NCBI GenBank assembly: GCA_965219675.1
Contig: OZ244786.1
Location: 3,420,494-3,484,493 of the forward strand
Source: Candidatus Multivorans sp.
GTDB lineage: Bacteria; Acidobacteriota; Thermoanaerobaculia; Multivoradales; Multivoraceae
DNA length: 64,000 nucleotides
Reading direction: 5' to 3'
Part shown: positions 9,474 to 19,049 of the stretch, piece after piece
How positions within the stretch are numbered: position 1 is the stretch's first letter
How the letters are laid out: every line of letters begins with the position of its first letter
Notes under the pieces: model-generated
Seen by the model: only the letters and a program-made list of their open reading frames with translations
What the model was told of the DNA's origin: nothing
Databases searched by the model: none
Position numbers and translations under genes: made by a program

Positions 9474-12400
9474 ATGCACCGCCAACTCCCAACCGTTCTC
9501 GTTCTCGCCGCGGTCGTCACCGCCACCGCGGTTGGCGCTCAACCCTCCGAAGAGATGGTCCGCCTGCGGAACCTCGGCTATGCCCAACTCGAGAACGAGC
9601 GGCCGACCGACGCCGAGAGCACCTATCGGGAGCTCATCGAGCTTGCACCCGGAGAGCCGCTCGGGCACGCGAATCTGGCCGTCGCGTTGCTTCGACAGGA
9701 CGAGCACGAAGCCGCGCTGGCCTCGATCGATCGGGCCCTGGACCTGGGTGGCAACCGGGCGGATCTGCTCCTGGTTCGAGCCGCGATCCTGCAGTGGACC
9801 GGAGCACGCGACGAGGAGGCGCTCGCGGACTACCGCCGCGCCGCGCGCGCCGCGCCGGACGACCCGGAGACCGTGTACGCGCTCTTCCGCCAGGCGGAGA
9901 ACATGACCGGACCCGAAGCCGAAGCCGATCGCCGCTACGCGGTCGACCGGCTGCGCCGGCTGCGCCCCGACAACCTCCTCGTCCTGCTCCTGAGCGGCGC
10001 CGCCGCACTGGAGGACGGAGACCGCGGCCGGGCCAGCGACGACTACCTGCGGATCCGCGAACTGATCTGGCAGGCGCTGCCGGGCGCCGAGCGGGTGCTC
10101 GGCCAACTGCTCGACCAGCTCGAGACAAACGACCTGGAGGGCGTGGACCGCTTCGCTCACCAGCTCACGAACGTCCTGAAAGCGACTCCGGCCTGGCGCA
10201 GCAGCCAGGCCGAGGTCTTCACGAACATCGTGGGCATTCCCGTCGTGCCCCTCCTGGACGAGCCGACAGGCGAGGACTTCGGCCCGGCGAGGGCCGCCCG
10301 CTTCCGCGCCACCCGAATCGACAACGCGCCCACGGCCGGCCGCGCGCTCGAAGTCGCTGACTTCGACGGCGACGACCGACCCGACATCGTGCGCGCGGCG
10401 GCCGGCGCTGGCGACTCGGCGGGTCAACTCGAGTTACGGCGGGCCGCGACCGGCTACGCGACGCCGAGCGACGCCGCCGCGACCGGCGGCCAGGTTCTGG
10501 TCGCCGGCGATCCCGACAATGACCGGCGGCTCGACCTGATCTCGATCGGCGATCCCCTGACCGTCTGGCAGGTCGACGACGACGACACGCCGCGGTTCCG
10601 GGACGCGAGCGCCCGCTTCCTGGCCGGCTCGCTGGCCGTCACCGCCGCCGACCTGATCGACTTCGACAGCGACGGCGACCTCGATCTCGCGGTGGCGCGG
10701 ACCGACGGCGTGCCCGACCTGCTGCGGAACGTGTCGGGCGAGAAGCTCTTCGAGGGCCCGCTCGAAGCTCTGGGCGAACGGTCGCTGCCCGAGATCGAGG
10801 TCCGGACGGTTCACCACCTCCAGGCGACCGACGCCGACCGTGACGGCGACACGGACCTGCTCCTCGCCCACGACGAAGGCGTGCTCTGGCTGGACAATCT
10901 CCGCCAGGGCCGATTCGCGGTAAGAACACCGCCCGCGCCCAGTCCTGGTCTGCTCGGGAGGCTGATCAGTCTCGTCCGCGCCGACGAGGGGGCTGAAAGC
11001 CCACTGGGCACGGAAGGACCCGTTCGGGTCGTGCGAACCGCCGACCTGGACGGCGACGGAGTTCCGGAGTTCCTCCTCGCCGGAGACGCGACGGTCATCC
11101 TGAGGCCGGACGAGGACGGCGCGCTCGCTCCCTTCCCCCTGGCCCCGGAGTCGACACCGCTGCCGGAGGGCGCTACGGACCTGGCTCTGCTCGACGCCGA
11201 CAACGACGGCCGTCGCGACCTCGCCCTGGTCGCGGACGGCGAACTGCGGGTGCTGACCCAGTCCTCGGAGTCCGGTCCGGACGCCCTCGACTTCCGGCTC
11301 GCCCAGGTCACGGGACTGCCACGGAACGCAGGTCTCGCGGCTGTACGCGCCGAGGACCTCGACGGCGACGGCGACCAGGACCTGGTGGCAGCCGGCGACA
11401 CAGGCCTCTACCGGATCGAGAACCTGGAGGGCTCGAAGAACAACTGGCTGCGCGTCCGGCTGGTCGGACTCGACGTGGCGGGCCAGAAGAACAACGTGTT
11501 CGGCCGCGGCACGACGATCGAAGTCAAGTCGGGCCGGGCGTCCCAGTACTTCGAAGTCGATCGGCCGATCACCCACATCGGGCTCGGCAACCGCCGCAGG
11601 GCCGATCTGGTCCGCGTGGTCTGGGCCAACGGCGTACCCCAGAATCGCCTGGATCCGGGCGAGAAGTTGACCATCGTCGAGGAGCAGCTGCTCAAGGGCA
11701 GTTGCCCCTTCCTCTACACCTGGGACGGCGAGAAGATCACCTTCGTTACCGACCTGCTGTGGGGCGCGCCGCTCGGCATGCCGCTCGCGGACGGCGTCTG
11801 GAACGGCTACGACCCCGACGAGCTCGTCCGGGTCGACGGCGCCGCTCCGCGCGACGGTTTCTACGACCTGCGGATCACCGAGGAACTCTGGGAGGCCGCC
11901 TACATCGACCGTACCCGCCTCTGGGTGGTTGACCACCGGGCGGACGTGGCGGTAGCCAGCAATCTGAGGATCGTGCCCGGCCAGGGGCACATCGGCCGAC
12001 CGCCCGACGAGGTGGTCGCGAGCGCCGGGATTCGCGCCGTCGTCCACGCCACGGACGGCCGCGGCCGCGACGTGACCGAGCGGGTCCGGGCCCGCGACGA
12101 GGCCTACGCGGACGGCTACGAGCGCTCGCGCTACCAGGGCCACGCCGCCGAACCGTGGGCCTTCACGTTCGACCTCGGCGAAGCGCCCGGGAGGCCGGTC
12201 CGGCTGTGGCTGGACGGCTGGGTGTTCCCGGCCGACGCGAGTCTCAACCTCGCGATCGCCCAGGCGGTGGAGCACGGCGACCTGGAGATGGTGATGACCC
12301 GGCTCGAGGTCGAAACCGCGAACGGCTGGCAGGTTCTGCTCGACCCGATGGGCTTCCCGCCCGGCAAGACGAAGACGATGGTCGTCGACACGCCGCCGCT

Positions 12401-13028
12401 GCCCGCGGGAGCGACGAAGCTGCGCATCGTCACCACCCGCTGGCTGCACTGGGACAAGGTGGCCTGGAGCATGGACATGGGCGGCGCGGACCGTTCCGAC
12501 GTCGTCGTCCTGGCCCGCCTGGAGGCCGCCTCGGCGGACCTGTCCTACCGCGGTTTCTCGGCCCTCACCAGGCCCGCTCCCAACGGCCCGCACCTCTTCG
12601 ATTACCAGCGCACGAACACGGAGTCCCCCTGGCTGCCGTTCCCCGGCCTCTACACGCGCTTCGGCGATGTCCGCGACCTTTTGACCGACGTCGATGACCG
12701 CCAGGTCGTCATCGGGCCGGGCGACGAGATCCGCGTACTCTTCGACGCCCGCGACCTGCCGCCGCCAGCTCCCGGCTACACGCGAACCGTCTTCCTGGAG
12801 AGCTTCGGCTGGGACAAGGACGCCGACCGCAACACGTGGAAGGCGGACAGCAACCTGCCGCTGCCCTTCCAGGCGATGTCCGGCTACCCGTTCGCTCCCG
12901 GCGAGAGCTATCCAAAGACCCCTGAACTCGACGCCTACCGCCAGCGCTGGCTTACGCGGGTCGTCGGACCGGAGACGCCGTTCACGCCGGCCAACCGCTC
13001 CGGCCGCACCCTCTCGGCCCGGCCCTGA
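9474..13028 (+). CDS. Secreted TPR + FG-GAP/VCBS beta-propeller + ASPIC/UnbV protein with extra C-terminal domain
   Basis: Signal peptide, N-terminal TPRs, seven DxDxDG-type repeats, NNWLRVRLVG...HIGLG...VVWANG ASPIC/UnbV segment, then an SCPFLYTWDG-led domain. Confidence 0.85.
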   Translation: MHRQLPTVLVLAAVVTATAVGAQPSEEMVRLRNLGYAQLENERPTDAESTYRELIELAPGEPLGHANLAVALLRQDEHEAALASIDRALDLGGNRADLLLVRAAILQWTGARDEEALADYRRAARAAPDDPETVYALFRQAENMTGPEAEADRRYAVDRLRRLRPDNLLVLLLSGAAALEDGDRGRASDDYLRIRELIWQALPGAERVLGQLLDQLETNDLEGVDRFAHQLTNVLKATPAWRSSQAEVFTNIVGIPVVPLLDEPTGEDFGPARAARFRATRIDNAPTAGRALEVADFDGDDRPDIVRAAAGAGDSAGQLELRRAATGYATPSDAAATGGQVLVAGDPDNDRRLDLISIGDPLTVWQVDDDDTPRFRDASARFLAGSLAVTAADLIDFDSDGDLDLAVARTDGVPDLLRNVSGEKLFEGPLEALGERSLPEIEVRTVHHLQATDADRDGDTDLLLAHDEGVLWLDNLRQGRFAVRTPPAPSPGLLGRLISLVRADEGAESPLGTEGPVRVVRTADLDGDGVPEFLLAGDATVILRPDEDGALAPFPLAPESTPLPEGATDLALLDADNDGRRDLALVADGELRVLTQSSESGPDALDFRLAQVTGLPRNAGLAAVRAEDLDGDGDQDLVAAGDTGLYRIENLEGSKNNWLRVRLVGLDVAGQKNNVFGRGTTIEVKSGRASQYFEVDRPITHIGLGNRRRADLVRVVWANGVPQNRLDPGEKLTIVEEQLLKGSCPFLYTWDGEKITFVTDLLWGAPLGMPLADGVWNGYDPDELVRVDGAAPRDGFYDLRITEELWEAAYIDRTRLWVVDHRADVAVASNLRIVPGQGHIGRPPDEVVASAGIRAVVHATDGRGRDVTERVRARDEAYADGYERSRYQGHAAEPWAFTFDLGEAPGRPVRLWLDGWVFPADASLNLAIAQAVEHGDLEMVMTRLEVETANGWQVLLDPMGFPPGKTKTMVVDTPPLPAGATKLRIVTTRWLHWDKVAWSMDMGGADRSDVVVLARLEAASADLSYRGFSALTRPAPNGPHLFDYQRTNTESPWLPFPGLYTRFGDVRDLLTDVDDRQVVIGPGDEIRVLFDARDLPPPAPGYTRTVFLESFGWDKDADRNTWKADSNLPLPFQAMSGYPFAPGESYPKTPELDAYRQRWLTRVVGPETPFTPANRSGRTLSARP

Positions 13029-13117
13029 CCCCGACTCCGCTACGCTAGCCGCCGACCGGCGGCCCGCGGGATGCGACCCGCCGCAACAGAGGCACGACGC
13101 CTACGGGAGGGAACAGC

Positions 13118-14527
13118 GTGGCAAACGGCTCCAGCGGACGCGGCAGGTTCGGTCAACTCGGGTTCATCTTCGCCGCCGTCGGCTCCGCCATCGGCCTCGG
13201 CAACATCTGGAAGTTCCCGTACATCACCTACGCCAACGACGGCGGTTCCTTCGTCCTCGTCTACCTGGCCGCGATCGTGCTGATCGGCCTGCCGATCATG
13301 ATGGCCGAACTCGTCATCGGGCGGAGTACCAGGCAGAGCCCCGTCGGCGCCTTCGTGGAGGCGGCCAAAGGGGCGGTCGGAGGCAAGGCCTGGGGCGCGG
13401 TCGGCGCACTGGGAACGCTCGGCAGCTTCATCCTCCTGTCGTACTACGCGCTGATCGCCGGCTGGACGGTCTACTACTTCGGCCAGTGCCTGAGCTGGTC
13501 GTTCGGCGGCTTCGACACCGGCGGACAGACCCTCGGCGACTCCTTCGGCGCCTTCCTCGGCAACGGGCCGCTCCAGATCGGCTTCCACGCCCTGTTCATG
13601 GCCGTGACGGTCGGCGTCGTCACCCTGGGCGTGCACGACGGCATCGAACGGGTGGCCAAGACGCTGATGCCGGTGCTCGGGGCCATCCTCATCCTGCTCG
13701 TCATCAACTCGTTCTGGAGCCCGGGCTTCGGAGAAGCAGTCCGTTTCCTGTTCCACGTCGGTCCGGTCACCGCCGACGGCCTCCTGGAGGCGGTCGGCCA
13801 CGCCTTCTTCACCCTCTCCGTCGGCATGGGCGCGATGATCACCTACGGCTCGTACATGAGATCGAGGCAGTCGATCCCGAAGAGCGCCGCCGCGATCACC
13901 CTGCTCGACACCCTGGTGGCGCTGATGGCCTGCATCGTCATGTTCTCCATCATCTTCAGCGTCGACGCGGCGGAACGGACAGGAACCTTCGGCAAGAGCG
14001 CAACGATCCTGTTCACGACGCTGCCGCAGATGTTCTACGAGATGCCGCTCGGCGTCGTCCTGGCGCCGCTGTTCTACCTGCTGGTCGGCTTCGCGGCGCT
14101 GACCTCCACCATCTCGCTGCTCGAAGTCGTCGCCGCCTACCTGATCGACCGCCGAGGCCTGAGCCGGCGCAAGGCCAGCCTGCTCTCCGGCGGCGCCGTC
14201 TTCCTGTTCGGCATCCCCTCGGCGCTATCCCTGGGCGCCGTCACCGGCTTCTCCTCCTGGGCGCCCCTGGGCGAACGCACCGCCGGTTTCTTCGACACGA
14301 TGGACTACACCGTCTCGAACTGGATCCTGCCCCTCGGCGGCCTGACGCTGGCCGTGTTCGTCGGATGGTTCCTGAGCCGCCGCAAGTCCCGCGAGGCACT
14401 GGCCGATGGCCATGGCGACGTGAGCCGGTGGTACTTCCTCTGGCGCGACGTGCTGCTGCGCTTCGTCTGCCCGGTCGCGATCCTGTGGATCATCTGGGCC
14501 GTGATCGGGGGACGGTCGTTCGCATGA
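13118..14527 (+). CDS. Sodium-dependent transporter, NSS/SNF family
   Basis: GSAIGLGNIWKFPY, GGSFVLVY, AFFTLSVGMGAMITYGSY motifs; about 11-12 TM helices. Confidence 0.92.
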   Translation: MANGSSGRGRFGQLGFIFAAVGSAIGLGNIWKFPYITYANDGGSFVLVYLAAIVLIGLPIMMAELVIGRSTRQSPVGAFVEAAKGAVGGKAWGAVGALGTLGSFILLSYYALIAGWTVYYFGQCLSWSFGGFDTGGQTLGDSFGAFLGNGPLQIGFHALFMAVTVGVVTLGVHDGIERVAKTLMPVLGAILILLVINSFWSPGFGEAVRFLFHVGPVTADGLLEAVGHAFFTLSVGMGAMITYGSYMRSRQSIPKSAAAITLLDTLVALMACIVMFSIIFSVDAAERTGTFGKSATILFTTLPQMFYEMPLGVVLAPLFYLLVGFAALTSTISLLEVVAAYLIDRRGLSRRKASLLSGGAVFLFGIPSALSLGAVTGFSSWAPLGERTAGFFDTMDYTVSNWILPLGGLTLAVFVGWFLSRRKSREALADGHGDVSRWYFLWRDVLLRFVCPVAILWIIWAVIGGRSFA

Positions 14528-14545
14528 CGAGAGCCTCTAGCCCAA

Positions 14546-15529
14546 CTAGCGCTCCAGCCGACCGGCGAGCCAGGGCAGGAACTCCGGTTCGATCTCTGCT
14601 TCGACCCTGAGTTCCAGCAGCGGGGGCGCGCCCGCCGGCAGGAGGTCGCGGAGCTTGACGGCGTCCTTCGATGTCGTGACGACGGCGTCGCAGCGATGGC
14701 GGGCGCAGGCGGATTCGATCGCGCGGAGGGAGCGCGGCGGGTAGCCGTGGTGGTCGGAGAAGCGGAGGTGGTCCACACAATCCAGGCCCGCGGCCGCCGC
14801 GGTGAGGGCGACGCGATCCGGACGGGCGACGCCGGTGACGAGCAGCGGTCGCTCCGGTGACGGGCGGCCCAGGAGCTCGAACCGAAGCGTCGACGAGAAC
14901 AGCGGGCCGACGAAGCCGTGGCGGCGCAGGGTCGGCTCGAAGTCGGCCGGCGGTTCGACGCCTCTTTCGAGGCCGGTGATCACCGCGGCGTCGGCGAGGC
15001 GCACCATGCCCAGAGGCTCGCGCAGGCGGCCTCCGGGCAGCAGCAGGCCGCCGGCGAAGGGATCCGCGGCCGGGAAGGTCAGGATCTCGACATCGCGCCG
15101 CACACGAACATGGGAGAAGCCGTCGTCGAGCAGGAAGACGTCGATGTCCGGGACCCGATCGAGGGCCAGGGCGGCGGCGGCGCGGCGGTCGGCGCCGACC
15201 GCCACCACCACGCCCGGCGCCTGCCCGGCGAGCATCACCGGCTCGTCACCGGCCTGCTCCACCGAAGCGAGCGGCCTCTCGCCGAGGCTCACGATCAGAG
15301 GTTCCCGGCCCTTGCGGCGGTAGCCGCGCGACAGCACGGCCACTCGCTGGCCGCCACCCACCAGGCCGAGCGCCACGGCGATCACCGCCGGCGTCTTGCC
15401 GCTGCCGCCCCAGTGCAGGTTGCCGATGCTGACGGTCGGCCGGCCCAGGCTCGCGGCTCGGGTCGACCAGTGGCGGCGACGGCGACGGTGTCCCCACTCG
15501 TAGAACCGTTGCCAGGGGCTCCAGGCCAT
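14546..15529 (-). CDS. lpxK: Tetraacyldisaccharide 4'-kinase
   Basis: SIGNLHWGGSGKTP, LSRGY, GDEP, LLDDGFSH, LLPGGRLREP, FSDHH, TTSKDAVKL; ATG at 15529. Confidence 0.92.
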   Translation of the reverse strand: MAWSPWQRFYEWGHRRRRRHWSTRAASLGRPTVSIGNLHWGGSGKTPAVIAVALGLVGGGQRVAVLSRGYRRKGREPLIVSLGERPLASVEQAGDEPVMLAGQAPGVVVAVGADRRAAAALALDRVPDIDVFLLDDGFSHVRVRRDVEILTFPAADPFAGGLLLPGGRLREPLGMVRLADAAVITGLERGVEPPADFEPTLRRHGFVGPLFSSTLRFELLGRPSPERPLLVTGVARPDRVALTAAAAGLDCVDHLRFSDHHGYPPRSLRAIESACARHRCDAVVTTSKDAVKLRDLLPAGAPPLLELRVEAEIEPEFLPWLAGRLER

Positions 15530-15530
15530 G

Positions 15531-16880
15531 TCAGTCGCGGTCCGGAGTGCCGGTGGAGACGCCGGCGCGCCCAGTGGGGTCGGTGTCGGCGCGCGGAACG
15601 GACAGGTCAACGACCTGGCGGAGCAACTCCACGGAGCGCTCGACGGCGCCGCGGTTTCGGTCGACGAGCGCCAGGCCGCGAGCGCCCCGCTCTGCCGAAT
15701 CGTCCGGCCGGTCCAGAGCCTGCCGCCAGGCACGGGTCAACGCCTGTCCGTCCCGCACCACGGCGAGGGCGCCGGCGGCCTCGAAGTCGCGCGCGATGCG
15801 CCGGAAGTTCTCCATCGACGGACCGACGATCACGGGCACGCCGAAACGCGCCGCCTCGATCGGGTTGTGGCCGCCGGTCGGCACGAGCGTGCCGCCGATG
15901 AAGGCGGCGGACGCGAGCCGGTAGATGGAGGCGAGTTCGCCGAGGGAGTCGAGAAGCACGACCCGGGGCGCGGTTTCCCGCCGCAGCCCGGCCGGCCCCG
16001 CCGCGGAGATCGCGCTCCGCCTGAGCACCCGCAGAGACCTCCCCTCGATCTCTCGCCACACCTCATCGAAACGTTCCGGATGCCGGGGTGCAAGAACCAG
16101 CAGCGCCTCGTGGTTCAGCCGTTCGAAGGCGTCCAGGACGATCGGCTCCTCGCCCGGCATCGTCGAGCCGGCGACCAGGATGGGCCACTCTCCCGCGAGT
16201 TCCCGCAACGTCCGCTCCAGGCCGGCGACCCGGGCCGGCTCCGGGGTGTCGAACTTCAGGTTGCCGGTCAGGGACACGGCCCCGTCCGAAGCGCCGAGGC
16301 GCCGCAGCCGCTCCTCGTCCTGCGGGCTCTGGGCGCCGAAGCGATGGACCGGATCGAGCAGTGTCCGCCGGCAGAGGCGGCCAGCGCGCCTCATGCGGGC
16401 GAAGCTGCGGTCGCTGACGCGCGCGTTGAGCACCGCCACCGGAATCCCGCGCCGGCGGCAACTCCGCAGCACGAAGGGCCAGAGTTCGCTCTCGAGCAGC
16501 ACCAGGGCCCGCGGCTCGTAGCGCGCCAGAAACCGGCCGACCAGAGGGTTGAAGTCGAATGGAAGGTACGTGACGACAACGCTGCGGCCCCCTTCGGCCA
16601 GAGGCGCGAACAGTCTCTTCGCCGCCGCCTGGCCGGTCGGGGTGACCGTGGTCACCAGCAGGTCGAGTTCCGGCGGCAGCTCCCGCGCGAAGGTCGCCGC
16701 CACACCGGCCTCGCCGACCGACGCGGCGTGAAGCCAGAGCGGCCGCACGGCTCGAGCCTCCGGCAGTCTGCCGAGTCGGGCCGGCATGGTCGCCAGATAG
16801 TGGCGACCTCGCCGGGCCAGCAGCACCGGCGCCGCCACGCCCAGACCCGCCGCCATCGCGAGCTGGTAGAGGAACCACAT
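15531..16880 (-). CDS. waaA: 3-deoxy-D-manno-octulosonic acid transferase
   Basis: WLHAASVGE, ESELWP, GNLKFD, AGST..GEE, APRHPERF, GGHNPIE motifs. Confidence 0.93.
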   Translation of the reverse strand: MWFLYQLAMAAGLGVAAPVLLARRGRHYLATMPARLGRLPEARAVRPLWLHAASVGEAGVAATFARELPPELDLLVTTVTPTGQAAAKRLFAPLAEGGRSVVVTYLPFDFNPLVGRFLARYEPRALVLLESELWPFVLRSCRRRGIPVAVLNARVSDRSFARMRRAGRLCRRTLLDPVHRFGAQSPQDEERLRRLGASDGAVSLTGNLKFDTPEPARVAGLERTLRELAGEWPILVAGSTMPGEEPIVLDAFERLNHEALLVLAPRHPERFDEVWREIEGRSLRVLRRSAISAAGPAGLRRETAPRVVLLDSLGELASIYRLASAAFIGGTLVPTGGHNPIEAARFGVPVIVGPSMENFRRIARDFEAAGALAVVRDGQALTRAWRQALDRPDDSAERGARGLALVDRNRGAVERSVELLRQVVDLSVPRADTDPTGRAGVSTGTPDRD

Positions 16881-16935
16881 GCCTATGGAGCGGCCGGAGG
16901 GGAGGCGTCCGATCGGGACCGCGCTGGTCCGGGAG

Positions 16936-16941
16936 TATAAT
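16936..16941 (+). promoter_or_regulatory. Sigma-70 -10 box (TATAAT) upstream of the ECF/T2SS-like operon
   Basis: Perfect TATAAT in a GC-rich divergent intergenic region. Confidence 0.55.
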
Positions 16942-17007
16942 TCCGCTGCCTCCAGCCGCCGTGGCCGCCGGGCGGCGAGCGCTCCAGGTTCCTCGAAGCG
17001 CAGTCTT

Positions 17008-17035
17008 TGGACGCTTTGCCCCGGGCCTCCGTATC
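17008..17035 (+). promoter_or_regulatory. Candidate ECF-type autoregulatory promoter TGGACG-N16-CGTATC
   Basis: CGT-type -10 typical of ECF promoters, 11 nt before the ATG of the ECF gene; the -35 is non-canonical. Confidence 0.35.
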
Positions 17036-17046
17036 AACAGCGAGGC

Positions 17047-17757
17047 ATGAGATCCGCGCAAGCCATCCGCATGGAACCGCCACGCGAAGATCCTCCACGG
17101 AGCGGTCTGACGATCGCCTACTCGCGCCGTCAGCGCAAAGTGGCGTGGTCCGAGGCGTCCGACGTCGAACTGCTGGAGGGCATGCGCAGTGACGACGAAC
17201 TCGCGCTCGACGAGCTGATGCGGCGCAAGGGCGCCCCGTTGCTGCACATGGCGACCAGCATGGTAGGGGACCGGGAGGACGCACGGGACATCGTCCAGAT
17301 CGCCTTCCTGCGGATCTGGGACTCACGCCACCGCTTCGACCAACGCTACAGCCCGAACACCTGGATCTACCGGATCGTCTCCAACCTGGCGATCGACCAC
17401 CTGCGCTCGCGCTCGTCCCGCCTCCGCTCGCTGCAGGGCTTCCAGTTGCAGCACGAGCAACAGAGCGGCGAGGCCTTTTCCCGGCAACTCGAGAACCTGA
17501 CCGAACGGGAGGTCCGAACCGTCTTCCAGGAACTGGCGTCGACGCTGAGCGAGAAACAGCGCGCGGTCTTCGTGCTGCGCGAGATGGAAGGGCTGAAGGG
17601 CAGGGAGATCGCCCAGATCCTCGGCATCCGCCCCTCCACCGTTCGCAACCATCTGTTCAACAGCCGCCGGCAACTCCGCGAGGAACTGCTGAAGCGGTAC
17701 CCCGAATACGCCAAACACGCCCGGGCCCAGCGCACCGGGATCGAGGAACGCTCATGA
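17047..17757 (+). CDS. ECF RNA polymerase sigma factor
   Basis: Region 2 DARDIVQIAFLRIW...WIYRIVSNLAIDHLR and region 4 LSEKQRAVFVLRE...EIAQILGI..STVRNHL; start at 17047 or 17071. Confidence 0.9.
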   Translation: MRSAQAIRMEPPREDPPRSGLTIAYSRRQRKVAWSEASDVELLEGMRSDDELALDELMRRKGAPLLHMATSMVGDREDARDIVQIAFLRIWDSRHRFDQRYSPNTWIYRIVSNLAIDHLRSRSSRLRSLQGFQLQHEQQSGEAFSRQLENLTEREVRTVFQELASTLSEKQRAVFVLREMEGLKGREIAQILGIRPSTVRNHLFNSRRQLREELLKRYPEYAKHARAQRTGIEERS

Positions 17758-18320
17758 CCACCGCCTGCCCGGACTGGGCCGCGCTCGTACGCGAGCGCGA
17801 GCACGCCGAACAGAGCCCCGACGTCGGCGCCTCGGCCATCGACCGCGCCTGGAAAGACGCCCTCCGTCACCGCGAGGATTGCGGACACTGCCGGACCGTC
17901 TCGCTCCAGGTCGATCCGCTGCTCCTCATAAGCGGCAGCTTCGCGGGCGCTCGCGACCGGACCGAGATGGCGGACGAGGTCGATGAACTCCGCAAGCGGG
18001 TCCGTCTCGAGCTCGACGGACGCGCCACGAAGAAGCGGCTCAACGCGGCGCGGACCGCCCGGCGCCGGATGCCCGTCGCGTCGGTGCTGGCCGCAGGCGC
18101 GGCCGCCGCGGCGTTCGGGCTGAGCTTCCTGCTATGGCCGGAGACCGCCCCGCCGGCCGGCGATCTCCTGCGCTCCGAGCTGAGCCTTCCCGCCAACATC
18201 GCCATGGCTCCGCTCGTGGAACCGCTCGGCGACGAGCCGATGCGCCTGTTCCAGCTCCCAGGCGACGGCCTCGCGTCCAGCCTCGACGTCGTCCTCGTGG
18301 TCACGGACGTCGCGCCATGA
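17754..18320 (+). CDS. Putative zinc-binding (ZAS) transmembrane anti-sigma factor
   Basis: HxxxCxxC motif (HREDCGHC), single TM helix, ATGA overlap with the ECF gene. Confidence 0.72.
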   Translation: MTTACPDWAALVREREHAEQSPDVGASAIDRAWKDALRHREDCGHCRTVSLQVDPLLLISGSFAGARDRTEMADEVDELRKRVRLELDGRATKKRLNAARTARRRMPVASVLAAGAAAAAFGLSFLLWPETAPPAGDLLRSELSLPANIAMAPLVEPLGDEPMRLFQLPGDGLASSLDVVLVVTDVAP

Positions 18321-19036
18321 CGACGATGTCTTCCGCGACTGCACGAATCGCCTGGGCTGTGATCGCCCTGCTGCTGATCCCGGCGGCGGGCGCCGCGCAG
18401 CAGGAGGCCGAGACCCAGATTCGCCATGCGTTCACGCTCCAGCACCAGCGCGCCGACGACGCCCTGGAATGGATGCAGGGCGAGATGTCGCCTAACGGCA
18501 CGATCGAACTGCAGCGGGCGACGAACACGCTGGTGTTGAGAGACGCGAGCAGTGTCCTCGAACACCTGCTGGCTCTGCTGCGCGACTTCGACCACCCGCG
18601 CCGTCAGATCGAGTTCGAGATCTACATCCTCGAGGCGTCGCGCCGGGGCCAGGGCGACCCGCGTTCCGAGTTGCCCGCCCAACTCATCGACGAGCTGGGC
18701 GAGTTGCTGGCCTTCACGAGCTACCGGCTGCTCGGCGAGGGTCACTTCGAAGCGATGGAAGGCGAGAACGTCCGGTTCGAGATCGGCACCGAGTTCCGAC
18801 TCGGTTTCCGGGTCGGCACCGTGCTGCTCGACCGCCGGCTCAAGCTGTACGGCGTCGAGATCGAGCGCAGGCGCGGCGATGCTCTGGACGAGGGCGTCTT
18901 CAACGGCCACCTGAACGTCTGGGTCGGCAAGCCCCTGGTGCTGGCGCTTCCGTACCGGGGCTCGAATGCCAGCGGCCTCGTGGTCGCAGTAACCGTCCGG
19001 CCATCCCGGGAAGACAACCTGGGCGCCGGCGAGTAG
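18317..19036 (+). CDS. Secreted protein with secretin N-domain (NolW/N3-like) and truncated secretin-like beta region
   Basis: Signal peptide; FTLQHQRADD...NTLVLRD...LLRDFDHPRRQIEFEIYILEAS resembles the N3-to-secretin junction; only about 240 aa. Confidence 0.6.
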   Translation: MTTMSSATARIAWAVIALLLIPAAGAAQQEAETQIRHAFTLQHQRADDALEWMQGEMSPNGTIELQRATNTLVLRDASSVLEHLLALLRDFDHPRRQIEFEIYILEASRRGQGDPRSELPAQLIDELGELLAFTSYRLLGEGHFEAMEGENVRFEIGTEFRLGFRVGTVLLDRRLKLYGVEIERRRGDALDEGVFNGHLNVWVGKPLVLALPYRGSNASGLVVAVTVRPSREDNLGAGE

Positions 19037-19049
19037 GACGGCCCTGATC

